From Candidatus Heimdallarchaeota archaeon (lineage in GTDB: Archaea; Asgardarchaeota; Heimdallarchaeia; Heimdallarchaeales; Kariarchaeaceae), in NCBI GenBank assembly GCA_015523565.1, contig WAKA01000029.1, positions 1-35,178 on the forward strand: a stretch of DNA of 35,178 nt, in the 5' to 3' direction. The notes under the pieces are model-generated. The model had not been told where the DNA came from, ran no database searches, and worked only from the letters and a program-made list of their open reading frames with translations. This document shows positions 26,644-35,178 of this stretch, one piece after another. The stretch's first letter is position 1, and the number at the start of each line of letters is the position of its first letter. Position numbers and translations under genes: made by a program.

Positions 26644-28824
26644 TCAGATTGCTATGCTTAAGTTATCCCTTACTCCTGCAAGAGGATAATTGGGGTCTAT
26701 TGCAAGGATTGCTGTTTCTGCAATTTTCACCAATTCAGGATTGGGATTGCTTTCAAGTACATTGACCATCCATGAAAGATCTTCTGGCTTGCCTTTTTTG
26801 CCAAGCGCCCAATATGCGGCTTTTTTCACCTCGATATCGGGATTTTTCAGGGCTTCAAGCAATAGCCAACGGGAGTCAGATGTTCCAACCAACCCAAGAC
26901 CCAATAATATTCCAATTAATTTACCACGAGAAATATCTTCCTCCTTGCTCATTTCCAAAAGCTTATCCTCGTTTAGAAGTTCTATCTTACTGGCAAGCAA
27001 AATCACTCCAGAAACCACTTTTTCATGAGGGTGGTCAAATAGACCCTCATACACTTTTTCAAAATCAGTGGAATCAAATTTCTCAACCCACCGGAATGTT
27101 GCGGATCGACCATATTGTCCCAATCCATAAGAAAACTCATTTTCCGCCTTTTCGACAGTTGTTGGCCAGATGGTCAAAAGCAATGGCAGAAAGAATGGGA
27201 AAAATGACCAATGAAATGTTATCGTTGAGGCAGAGGTTGTCCAAATATAGATGTTCATGAAAAGGAGGAAAAAGAAGAAGAAATTAAGCCATTTCCTCCA
27301 GCTTTTCGAGAAGAAATACCCAAGTTTCATTGATCTGGCCCAATAAAATGAAACCATCATAAAAACAAGAAGAGGTATTAAAACCATAAAGATTACATAT
27401 TTGATTTGGTCACTGAAAGACAATCGGTCAAGCTGTCTGTAAGCCGCGGTAATAAAAAGAAGGTACAAATAAAGAAATCCAAAAATTGATGCCAACCTAA
27501 TTCCATTGAAATACCACGGTTCATTTGATTCAAGCATTTCAATGTCTTCTTGAACATCAATTGGATAAAATTCATTCAGATTCTTGACATCCTCAGTGAA
27601 TTTGCCTGCCATTATGAACATTGTTTCCTGGGTTGGTGAAGGAAGTAACATGTAGACAAATGGGAGTACAAATCTGAGAACAATAATAGATACAATGAAA
27701 CCAACTACCAATAAAAGTGGATTTACCGAATTACTCATGAACACTGAGAAAACAATGTCAATCACAAAAAATGCAAATATGACAATTATAAGCCCTTTTT
27801 TCTGGAACTTGAAATCTCGGATGATTGTTTTTAGAACTGGTATTGTTTCTCGATATCCTAGAAGCACAGAAGGTAGTGCCAATAAAATCAAAGAAACTCT
27901 AAGAAACAAGAACAAGGTTTTAACCTGTGAAACGAAATCAGAGCCGAATTGTATAAATTGAATATTGTCCTGAATTATAGAAAGGATGTCAAGAGCCACC
28001 CTTTGAAATACAGAATTTGAGGAAAGAAGGTTCATGACAACAGAAAAGAGCGAAGAACCCCAGAAATTCCGTGTTCTCCACCAGATGATACCAGAGACCA
28101 ATCCCCAAATGAACATCCGTAAGAATACAAAAACATATACATCCCAATCATAGAAAAGTAAGAAGAAGTTGGAAAAAGCAGTTGCTTGAATTATGGCACC
28201 AACCAATATTGCAGTTCCCATGCCCAACTTTGAGACACGTGCAAAGTTTGCAATCAAACCCCTCAGGAGATATTCAATACCAATATAAGTACCAATGAAG
28301 CTTAGAAAAAGAAGAATCTTTTCACGATCCGCCTTGTCGTCAGGACTTATGATATTGTAAATGTTTGCTTGGTAAAAATCAGGGGACGTGGTAATGGATT
28401 GACTTTTGAAAATTACATCCTGCCCTCTTGTTGCAATTATGGTTGTGGAAAGAATGAATTCAAGAAGAAAATAGGTACCAAGAGCCATGATTACATAAAA
28501 AAGAGTTGCCTTCACATTTTTTTTGCGGAGAGGTGGAGAGAGACCAATACCCATTTTTTTTAATTCATATTCAGAACTGACAATTATTAAAATTGGAATA
28601 AGGATTGACATGGAAAGGTATGTATTGACATAAAATTGAATCTGATCAGTTGGCTCCAAAAATAAATTTCCATATTTACCAGTCAAGGCACCGACCATTT
28701 GGTTACCAAAAAGTAACCCAATTGCCAATGACCCAATATATGCAGGAAAATAAACCCCATAAAATAAGTTGAGAAATTTAGGACCAATTGCCTGGTCTAT
28801 TACATATTGGTTTGATTTAGACAT
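26644..28824 (-). CDS. Polytopic membrane protein: degenerate CPBP/Abi-like domain, further TMs, C-terminal HEAT (PBS-lyase-like) repeats
   Basis: IEYLLRG and GIIWWRTRNFWGSSLFSVVMN resemble CPBP motifs; LLEALKNPDIEVKKAAYWALGKKG is a HEAT repeat; start moved to ATG 28824 (SD GAGGAGG at 28840-28834, 1 nt after the upstream stop). Confidence 0.65.
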   Translation of the reverse strand: MSKSNQYVIDQAIGPKFLNLFYGVYFPAYIGSLAIGLLFGNQMVGALTGKYGNLFLEPTDQIQFYVNTYLSMSILIPILIIVSSEYELKKMGIGLSPPLRKKNVKATLFYVIMALGTYFLLEFILSTTIIATRGQDVIFKSQSITTSPDFYQANIYNIISPDDKADREKILLFLSFIGTYIGIEYLLRGLIANFARVSKLGMGTAILVGAIIQATAFSNFFLLFYDWDVYVFVFLRMFIWGLVSGIIWWRTRNFWGSSLFSVVMNLLSSNSVFQRVALDILSIIQDNIQFIQFGSDFVSQVKTLFLFLRVSLILLALPSVLLGYRETIPVLKTIIRDFKFQKKGLIIVIFAFFVIDIVFSVFMSNSVNPLLLVVGFIVSIIVLRFVLPFVYMLLPSPTQETMFIMAGKFTEDVKNLNEFYPIDVQEDIEMLESNEPWYFNGIRLASIFGFLYLYLLFITAAYRQLDRLSFSDQIKYVIFMVLIPLLVFMMVSFYWARSMKLGYFFSKSWRKWLNFFFFFLLFMNIYIWTTSASTITFHWSFFPFFLPLLLTIWPTTVEKAENEFSYGLGQYGRSATFRWVEKFDSTDFEKVYEGLFDHPHEKVVSGVILLASKIELLNEDKLLEMSKEEDISRGKLIGILLGLGLVGTSDSRWLLLEALKNPDIEVKKAAYWALGKKGKPEDLSWMVNVLESNPNPELVKIAETAILAIDPNYPLAGVRDNLSIAI

Positions 28825-28825
28825 T

Positions 28826-30652
28826 TCAGGGTTCCTCCTCAATTGTGAGAATTGCATCAACACGTGATCTCTTCAATTTTCTCATGGAGATGAATTTTTG
28901 GTATGCTGTTTTCATGACATAAACTGTTGTCAGTATTAAAAATAACCAGAAAGAGCCCCGTAATCTGATATTTTTGATCACATGAATTTCAAGGGAAACG
29001 GAATTGTCATCCTCATTGATTTCAGTAACTTCGTTATTCAAATCAATTGTAGCTGACAGTGACATGTTTTTTGTATCGTATTTCAGGAATGTCCGATATG
29101 TATAAACAAGTGATGTATTGATTTGCAAAAAGGAAATCTCATCCTCAATAATTGGTTCTCCGTCAAGGTTCACTTGCAGTTTGAAATTTCCAGCAGGCAA
29201 AGACCCGTTTGAAATGAATGTGACCTTAATCAATAATGACGAGAATTCTTCTGCTGGTTCTGGAAATATCTCAATGGATGAAACTGCAAGGTTTGTGAAC
29301 CGATACCATGTTGCAAAAATTCCAGTTACATTCTTATAGAGGGTTTGCTGATTCAACGGAAGTAGCACAAAAGCAGTGCTTGGCGCCATGAAATGACCAA
29401 TCCTGCCAGGAGAAACTGCGATTCCATAAAGACTGTCATTTGCGACAACAATATTTGGACTATCTTTTCCAGGAAGTGAAACAGATGCAACTTCATCAAA
29501 TTTCCAAGCTTCCCTATTTGCAAGTACATAACCACTACTTGAGTAATCCGCAACTGTCAAGTTGGTATTGGGTTGCAAAACTGCAAATGATGCAGAAAAG
29601 TTGGAGGGGATGGTGAACAATTCACCTGCACGCATTTCAGGGGCTTCAATAAGTTGAACAAATGAAGAACGAATAAGTCCCACATATTGAATTTTTATGT
29701 TGATTGAAACGTCGATATCGGCCCTTATGGATGTGAGGGATTTGATTCCAGATGAAAGAGCCAATTGTGTAAATCCAAATATTGACAAGATTTGTGTAGA
29801 ATTGTTTTCATACTCTATTTTCACTTCAGTTGGAGATTCAGGCAGAATTTCAATTGTGGAAAAATCTAATTGGTCTTTTGATAAATCATACAAGTGATTT
29901 GGAATAACATATCTATTTCCGCGCAAGAATTTTGGGACACCCATTGTTGCAACGTACCCTGTTGATTCATTTGGGGAATAAAATGTAACCGTTGTTGGTT
30001 CAGAAGTGTTGATATACGTACCTCGAGTGACAGGGTATATTTGTGTGCTAAATGGTCGGAAAATCTGTTCTTTCTTAAATGTATCATTTGGAAATGCAAA
30101 ATTAACTGTTGTCAATGAATCTTCCGTAAAGACCACCGCATATCCGTCAAACGGAGACTTGTATTCAAATCCTCTCATTCTATCTGGGAGGACTGTATAA
30201 CCAAATGATTTGTCTGCAAAATCGTCTTGGCTTGATCTATGAACGAAAACTTGTGCAGGAGATGTAAGCCTAATAAGAGATCCATTGGTTAAACCCCGAC
30301 TAGTGGAGGGGTTAAAAGTTATTGTTGTAGGTTGGTTAAAGACTCTTTGATTAACACCAGATTCATCCATTTGAAAGCTTGTTATCATTAATGAGGGTTG
30401 GATAATTGTCACAGTAACTGATGCAAGACCGTCCTTATGCGTTTCATCAAAAATTAAGGGGATATAATAATCAAAAAATAAGAATCCCCCACCACCGCCG
30501 CCACTGCCTCCATTTGGATCGCTACCTGGTGGGGCAGGATCACCTTCTGATGATGATGCATTTGGAAAAAATGAAATTGGAGACAATAATATGGTCAAAA
30601 CAATAATTCCAGCAAAGACAAGGCGTAACTCCAACCATTTCATGTGTAGCAA
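28826..30652 (-). CDS. Surface protein: signal peptide, Gly-rich linker, beta-rich (IgGFc-binding-like) region, CARDB domain, C-terminal TM
   Basis: GGSGGGGGG; repeated LP...G..Y-type segments; NLAVSSIEIFPEP..N.G...A..F...IDLNNEVTEINEDDN (CARDB); TM FWLFLILTTVYVM. Confidence 0.65.
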   Translation of the reverse strand: MLHMKWLELRLVFAGIIVLTILLSPISFFPNASSSEGDPAPPGSDPNGGSGGGGGGFLFFDYYIPLIFDETHKDGLASVTVTIIQPSLMITSFQMDESGVNQRVFNQPTTITFNPSTSRGLTNGSLIRLTSPAQVFVHRSSQDDFADKSFGYTVLPDRMRGFEYKSPFDGYAVVFTEDSLTTVNFAFPNDTFKKEQIFRPFSTQIYPVTRGTYINTSEPTTVTFYSPNESTGYVATMGVPKFLRGNRYVIPNHLYDLSKDQLDFSTIEILPESPTEVKIEYENNSTQILSIFGFTQLALSSGIKSLTSIRADIDVSINIKIQYVGLIRSSFVQLIEAPEMRAGELFTIPSNFSASFAVLQPNTNLTVADYSSSGYVLANREAWKFDEVASVSLPGKDSPNIVVANDSLYGIAVSPGRIGHFMAPSTAFVLLPLNQQTLYKNVTGIFATWYRFTNLAVSSIEIFPEPAEEFSSLLIKVTFISNGSLPAGNFKLQVNLDGEPIIEDEISFLQINTSLVYTYRTFLKYDTKNMSLSATIDLNNEVTEINEDDNSVSLEIHVIKNIRLRGSFWLFLILTTVYVMKTAYQKFISMRKLKRSRVDAILTIEEEP

Positions 30653-30708
30653 ATGACCATCTTTTCACACCTATTTCAATATAATGATTTTAGGCAATGA
30701 AGATTTGG

Positions 30709-31350
30709 TTAAAATATCATTGTTTTATGCTTTTCACAGACAGGGATACGTTGAGAGATAAATTCTTGTCCAATTGAAAAATTGACAACATTTATTCTTA
30801 CGGTTTCTTTTCCGCATTTTGCACATTTTAAAGGGGAAGGGCTGAACTCCACGATTTTTTTTGCGTGTTCAATACGTGACCTTGTTGACTTGACAAAGAA
30901 TTTCCAAGCCTTTACAATTTGTTGTCCTTCTTTTGTATCTTTAGGTCTATTTCCTGTTCTTGAGGTGTATGAATACCAAAAAATCAAGTCAAACAATGCG
31001 ACAAGCTTGTTGGGGGGTATATAGGGAACTCCATCTATTTGGATAATAATATGATTCTCATCGGCTCGCATTTTGACCAATAGAGGGAATTCATGTGCCT
31101 TAAATGGAATATATTTTTTAGAGATGCTTTTCATTGCGGATTTAAGTTGAATGAATAGCTTTACCAACAAATCGGGTTTTTTGAGTGTTTTTGCCTCATG
31201 AACGATTTGAAGAGTTGTTTCACCATAGATTCTCAAAATGACCTGTCGATTCAATGAATTGAACTTTCTGACAAAAAGTTTGACAATCGATGTTGGATAG
31301 TGGATAATCTGGCTCATGAACCCAATTAAATATTTAAATGGTTGATGCAA
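30709..31350 (-). CDS. Hypothetical basic protein with C-terminal CxxC...CxxH zinc finger
   Basis: CAKCGK...PVCEKH; real start may be the internal Met12 (31317). Confidence 0.6.
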   Translation of the reverse strand: MHQPFKYLIGFMSQIIHYPTSIVKLFVRKFNSLNRQVILRIYGETTLQIVHEAKTLKKPDLLVKLFIQLKSAMKSISKKYIPFKAHEFPLLVKMRADENHIIIQIDGVPYIPPNKLVALFDLIFWYSYTSRTGNRPKDTKEGQQIVKAWKFFVKSTRSRIEHAKKIVEFSPSPLKCAKCGKETVRINVVNFSIGQEFISQRIPVCEKHKTMIF

Positions 31351-31851
31351 TTAACTATAGGGAGAGGAAGTTAAAAGTGAATCTTCTAGTGATCTTTTGG
31401 GGACAAAATATTCGAACAGAAGAGGTTTTTCTGTTCTTATCAAATCAGAAATGGATTTGGCTGCAATCTTTCCATTTGACAGTTTAAGATCAACCTCAAT
31501 TGTTATGATTTTTCTTCCGTGCTTGATCACGTTTGAAGTGACTACAACTTTTTCATTTAATGGAACAGGTCTTAGAAAATGAGTCTGCATTGAAACTGAA
31601 GCAAAAAAATTGGTTTCTCCTAAACTAAAAATGGTTATTCCCATAAGATCATCCATCATTGCAGTTGCAATACCACCATGAAGAGTTCCCGTCAAGTTAA
31701 GCATGTTTTGTCTTACTTGGAATTCATATTGAATGGATCCGTAATTTGCAGAAATTAATCGACCCCCCAGCCAATGGTTGATCAGCGAGTTCTTTTTCGT
31801 GATATAATAACCCTCATATTTTTTAAGGATTTCAAGTTGGGAATTTTCCAT
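31351..31851 (-). CDS. PaaI/THEM2-like hotdog thioesterase
   Basis: NLTGTLHGGIATAMMDDLMG, THFLRP, KHGRKI. Confidence 0.9.
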   Translation of the reverse strand: MENSQLEILKKYEGYYITKKNSLINHWLGGRLISANYGSIQYEFQVRQNMLNLTGTLHGGIATAMMDDLMGITIFSLGETNFFASVSMQTHFLRPVPLNEKVVVTSNVIKHGRKIITIEVDLKLSNGKIAAKSISDLIRTEKPLLFEYFVPKRSLEDSLLTSSPYS

Positions 31852-31911
31852 GAATTGGATAGCAAAGAACCAGTTTTAAATCGATGCACTTAACCTATTT
31901 GAGAAAATCCA

Positions 31912-32400
31912 ATGTTTGTATCCATGAAAAGTTTGGAGGCAATTGACTGGAATAACTTGAGTTGGAATGAAGCCCAGCGAATTGTTGTTGAGTTTCTCCA
32001 TTCCCATGGGTATATGAGCTTTCATGAAAGTCAAAATAAAGAAGGAAGGGCGGATGGGTATGCAATCAGAAAAACGGAAAAGGAAATCATCAAGGTAATT
32101 GTTGAAGTCAAACATTACAAAAAAATTACAGACATCACCGTAAAAAGAGCAATTGCACAAGGGCTCAAATATATGGATACCGTCATTTCAAAGGACAACA
32201 AAAGCAGGAAAAGGTTAGTTAAGCCAATTAGGTATGTAGTGGTTGTTGTGTTCACAAAAGATTATCCAGTCAAGAACATAAAACCCATAGAAACCAGAGA
32301 AAAAGTTGAGGTCATTTACTGTTCTGGAAAATCTCTAGAGAAAAAATTGAAGGAATACAAGTTGATTGACAACCAAAAACGATTAGACGAATTCTTTTAA
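31912..32400 (+). CDS. Stand-alone PD-(D/E)xK restriction-endonuclease-like protein (Mrr-like)
   Basis: LSWNEAQRIVVEFLHSHGY helix, GRADGYA, VIVEVKHY, AIAQGLKY. Confidence 0.65.
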   Translation: MFVSMKSLEAIDWNNLSWNEAQRIVVEFLHSHGYMSFHESQNKEGRADGYAIRKTEKEIIKVIVEVKHYKKITDITVKRAIAQGLKYMDTVISKDNKSRKRLVKPIRYVVVVVFTKDYPVKNIKPIETREKVEVIYCSGKSLEKKLKEYKLIDNQKRLDEFF

Positions 32401-33173
32401 GGTTGTGCCTTTATAATGGGGAAGAATTTCTCACTAGACAAAGATGCACTCCCAATAAGTCCACCTTGGATTTCTTCTCGTGCCAATAGTTCTTTTGCAT
32501 TGGTTGAATTCATTGATCCTCCATAAATGATTGGGACATTATTTGCATCTTCTCCAAATTTATTCAAGAGCCATTGTCTTATTGATTTATGCATAGCCTC
32601 TGCATCTTCAGGAGATGCAGGCGTGATTTTTCCAACTGGATTCAAGAGAGTATTATTAATTGCCCAAACAGGCTCATATGCAATAACAAGACCAGAAATA
32701 TCAGTGATTCCCTTCAATCCCTCGCTTAGTTGGTCGTAGATCACACCGATTGATTTTCCTTTCCTTCTCTCTTCTGCTGTCTCTCCCACACAGAATACAG
32801 GAGTCAAGCCATGTGACAATACAAGCTTCAATTTTTCATTGATTATGCTGTCTTTTTCACCAATAATGATTCGACGTTCGCTATGACCAATGATAACATA
32901 TTCCACACCCAATTCTTTGAGTGTAAGAATTGATGTTTCGCCAGTCATTGCTCCCTTTTCAATACTGCCAACGTTCTGCGCAGCCAAAGAAATTGGAGAG
33001 TTCTTCAACATCTTGGAAGCTAAGGGCAACATCGGCAGGGAAGGAGCAATAAAGACTTTCGTGTTCTTTTTAAAGGTAGGGCAATTCTCCACCATTGAGT
33101 TTATTATTTTTTCAGTTTCCTTCATTGAAGTGATTTGCATTTTCCAATTTCCGCCAAAAATATAGTCTCTCAT
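32397..33173 (-). CDS. tpiA: Triosephosphate isomerase, bacterial/eukaryote-length type
   Basis: GGNWKM, AAQN, GAMTGE, IIGHSERR, AYEPVWAI, YGGS, GGLIGSASL. Confidence 0.95.
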   Translation of the reverse strand: MRDYIFGGNWKMQITSMKETEKIINSMVENCPTFKKNTKVFIAPSLPMLPLASKMLKNSPISLAAQNVGSIEKGAMTGETSILTLKELGVEYVIIGHSERRIIIGEKDSIINEKLKLVLSHGLTPVFCVGETAEERRKGKSIGVIYDQLSEGLKGITDISGLVIAYEPVWAINNTLLNPVGKITPASPEDAEAMHKSIRQWLLNKFGEDANNVPIIYGGSMNSTNAKELLAREEIQGGLIGSASLSSEKFFPIIKAQP

Positions 33174-33261
33174 TGTTTGTCAAATGAGGTAAAAAATATA
33201 GTAATAAATTTGTTTGTGATTGTTTTCGTCAAACAGTTCAAATAATTTTGATCTAACGAAT

Positions 33262-33927
33262 TTATCTTCGGAATGGTTCAGAAGAGGCACCAATCCCTAT
33301 TTTTCTTTCCTTGAACCATTTGTAGAGTTGCACTGTCTCATTATAATGAATGTCAATTGACTGGATGAAATTTGCGATAGCCAATGCCAGTGCGGCAAAA
33401 TTTGTCTTTTCTTTCTCTTCAACTGACCAATTTTTTGTAAGGCTCTCGTCCTCTTCAATTGTTGAAATGGGAATGAATTGTTCAGACATTGTTGTCTTTA
33501 ATTCTCCAGACAATTCAAAAAGACTGTCGTCAATTCTTTCCACAGTGGGGGATATGTCTCCTGAAGGATACAGCAGGAATTCTTCCGCCTTATGAAATTG
33601 ATCTGTTATGAAATTGATTTCCGTGACAATGGATAATTCCACCTCATAAACGAGATACAGTACACCCTTTGTGTCATAATCAATATCTTGCCTCACAAAA
33701 ACCTCAAAGCGGACGGGAAGTAAAGAATTAACCAGATAGAAACCGATGGTGGCTTCCCTGTCACTAATTGAAATATCATCGATTTGATAACCAGAGACCC
33801 AATCCTTTTCCTTTAAAATCCTAAGGAAATAATTCATGAATGAAAGGGCATATTCCTTGGGGCTGGACAATTCAAACCCCAAATCTCCAAAAATATCTTC
33901 TACAAGCCGATTGATATCTATTTTCAA
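33262..33927 (-). CDS. Hypothetical acidic protein
   Basis: 221-aa ORF filling the space upstream of tpiA; no motif recognised; TTG start. Confidence 0.65.
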   Translation of the reverse strand: MKIDINRLVEDIFGDLGFELSSPKEYALSFMNYFLRILKEKDWVSGYQIDDISISDREATIGFYLVNSLLPVRFEVFVRQDIDYDTKGVLYLVYEVELSIVTEINFITDQFHKAEEFLLYPSGDISPTVERIDDSLFELSGELKTTMSEQFIPISTIEEDESLTKNWSVEEKEKTNFAALALAIANFIQSIDIHYNETVQLYKWFKERKIGIGASSEPFRR

Positions 33928-34046
33928 GTGATTCCTATGTGGTATTCAACACTTAAATATAGATCGATTCAGCTAAGGCGCCAGATCAGTGAGGGATGCT
34001 TTTCTTTTTCAGAAAGTTATTAATCAATCATTCAACAAAGCAATCA

Positions 34047-35057
34047 ATGGAAAAATTTCCAATATTCAATATTAATGGGAATGCAAGAGAAAAAGGGTTG
34101 CAACAGGGAAAACTGTTGAAAGAAAGAATCGAGAGAACCATTGACTTTTACAGGAAAGTATTCAGGGTAGACGAAAATCAGATCTTGGAAGAAGTGAGAC
34201 CGTTCATCAAATCTATCAGAGAATTTGACAGGGAGATAGCCAATGAGATAGAGGGAATAGCAGGAGGGTCTGGAATTGATGAAAAATGGATCTATGCATT
34301 GAATTGCCGTACAGAACTGCTAGGCAATTTCACTAATGAATGTACCGCTATATATTTTCCAAAATCAGGGATTCTCGGACAGAATTGGGATTGGGCAAAA
34401 GAATTGGAAAACTTGGCGGTTTTCCTCAAGATAAAAGAGAATGATGGTACACAAATCCTGATGATGACTGAACCAGGAATTATTGGCAAAATTGGATTCA
34501 ATTCACATGGACTTGGAGTCACATTGAACTTGCTCAAAATTGACCAAAAGTTATCTGGCGTTCCCATACATGTCATCCTTAGGTCAATTCTCAAGTCCAG
34601 AACCATAGAGGAAGCACTTGCAAAAATAGAAATGTCAAAACAAGGAAAATCAAGCAATATCGTCATTGGCACTGGAGAAGGGAGGTTCGTCGACATTGAG
34701 TTTGCAGGCAACAGAACATTTACTTTTGATAAGACGGAAAATATCTGGATTCATACAAACCATTTTTTGGGGGAACCGATAAATACAGACCCTATTGAGT
34801 TTGCCAGCTCATTTTCCAGGTATCGCAGATCAAATGAATTGATTAAGACAAATGAAGGAAGAACAGTTGAAGACATGAAAGAAATACTGCTTGACAGGGA
34901 AAACAATGCCTTCCCGATTTGCAGGAAATATGTTCAAGACGATTACATAGACAATGTAGGGACAGTGACAACATTGATAATGGATTTGAGGAAAAGAAAA
35001 CTCCATTTTACAAGAGGCTCTCCTTTGGAAAATCCGTTTGAGCAAATCACGATCTAA
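34047..35057 (+). CDS. Peptidase C45 family Ntn-hydrolase (acyl-CoA:6-APA acyltransferase-like)
   Basis: G..REKGLQQG, EIEGIA.G, LNCRTE, ECTA (autocleavage Cys), GQNWDW, GFNSHGLGV.LN, HTNHF; start taken at MEKFP (ORF track extends to 33996). Confidence 0.85.
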   Translation: MEKFPIFNINGNAREKGLQQGKLLKERIERTIDFYRKVFRVDENQILEEVRPFIKSIREFDREIANEIEGIAGGSGIDEKWIYALNCRTELLGNFTNECTAIYFPKSGILGQNWDWAKELENLAVFLKIKENDGTQILMMTEPGIIGKIGFNSHGLGVTLNLLKIDQKLSGVPIHVILRSILKSRTIEEALAKIEMSKQGKSSNIVIGTGEGRFVDIEFAGNRTFTFDKTENIWIHTNHFLGEPINTDPIEFASSFSRYRRSNELIKTNEGRTVEDMKEILLDRENNAFPICRKYVQDDYIDNVGTVTTLIMDLRKRKLHFTRGSPLENPFEQITI

Positions 35058-35178
35058 AATTTTTTGGAAAATTAAAGTTCACTTTTTAAGGGGTACATTC
35101 TGCCATTTGTTTTTGCAAATCCATCTAAAAATTTCAAAAAAGATATATAAATTGATCAAAGGTTTTATCATGACATTG

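Noticed and set aside
26358-26765. Short ORFs spanning the 26493-26643 intergenic gap
   Set aside because: They overlap real genes and have no coding-like composition; the gap is more likely terminator plus promoter
28825-28863. ORF-track start at 28863 for the CPBP-HEAT gene
   Set aside because: Overlaps the upstream gene; ATG at 28824 has a strong SD and abuts the upstream stop
31912-32400. Restriction-modification or defence island
   Set aside because: No methyltransferase or other defence/mobility genes adjacent; flanked by housekeeping genes
1-35178. tRNA, rRNA, CRISPR arrays, IS elements
   Set aside because: Intergenic gaps are short and AT-rich; no GC-rich structured RNA, spaced direct repeats or transposase seen by eye

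Overview
AT-rich, gene-dense chromosomal window with about 27 CDS and no recognisable rRNA, tRNA, CRISPR or mobile element. The housekeeping genes point to an archaeon: short archaeal-type AspRS, type II MetAP, an archaetidylinositol-phosphate-synthase-like enzyme, TATA-like boxes about 25 nt before apparently leaderless starts, and U-rich terminators. These are mixed with a bacterial/eukaryote-type TPI and dUTPase. This mosaic and the surface-protein architectures suggest Asgard archaea (Heimdallarchaeia-like), which is inference. The most striking element is a tightly coupled three-gene minus-strand operon (26492->19056). It encodes (1) a STAND-like P-loop ATPase with a TPR/SNAP-like tail, (2) a 437-aa Pro/Trp/Cys-free 11-mer (hendecad) helical protein, and (3) a 1477-aa protein in which TrmB-like wHTH and PLD-like domains are separated by about 1250 aa of hendecad helix with a KGMFGKK motif almost exactly at the midpoint, suggesting a giant antiparallel hairpin. 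Other notable items: two subtilases with a site-1-protease(SKI-1)-like domain layout flanking an orphan CheA-P2-like gene, a catalytically degenerate CPBP+HEAT membrane protein coupled to a CARDB surface protein, a 47-aa ORF missed by the ORF track, and two intergenic inverted repeats. All family assignments come from motif recognition by eye; no database search was run.
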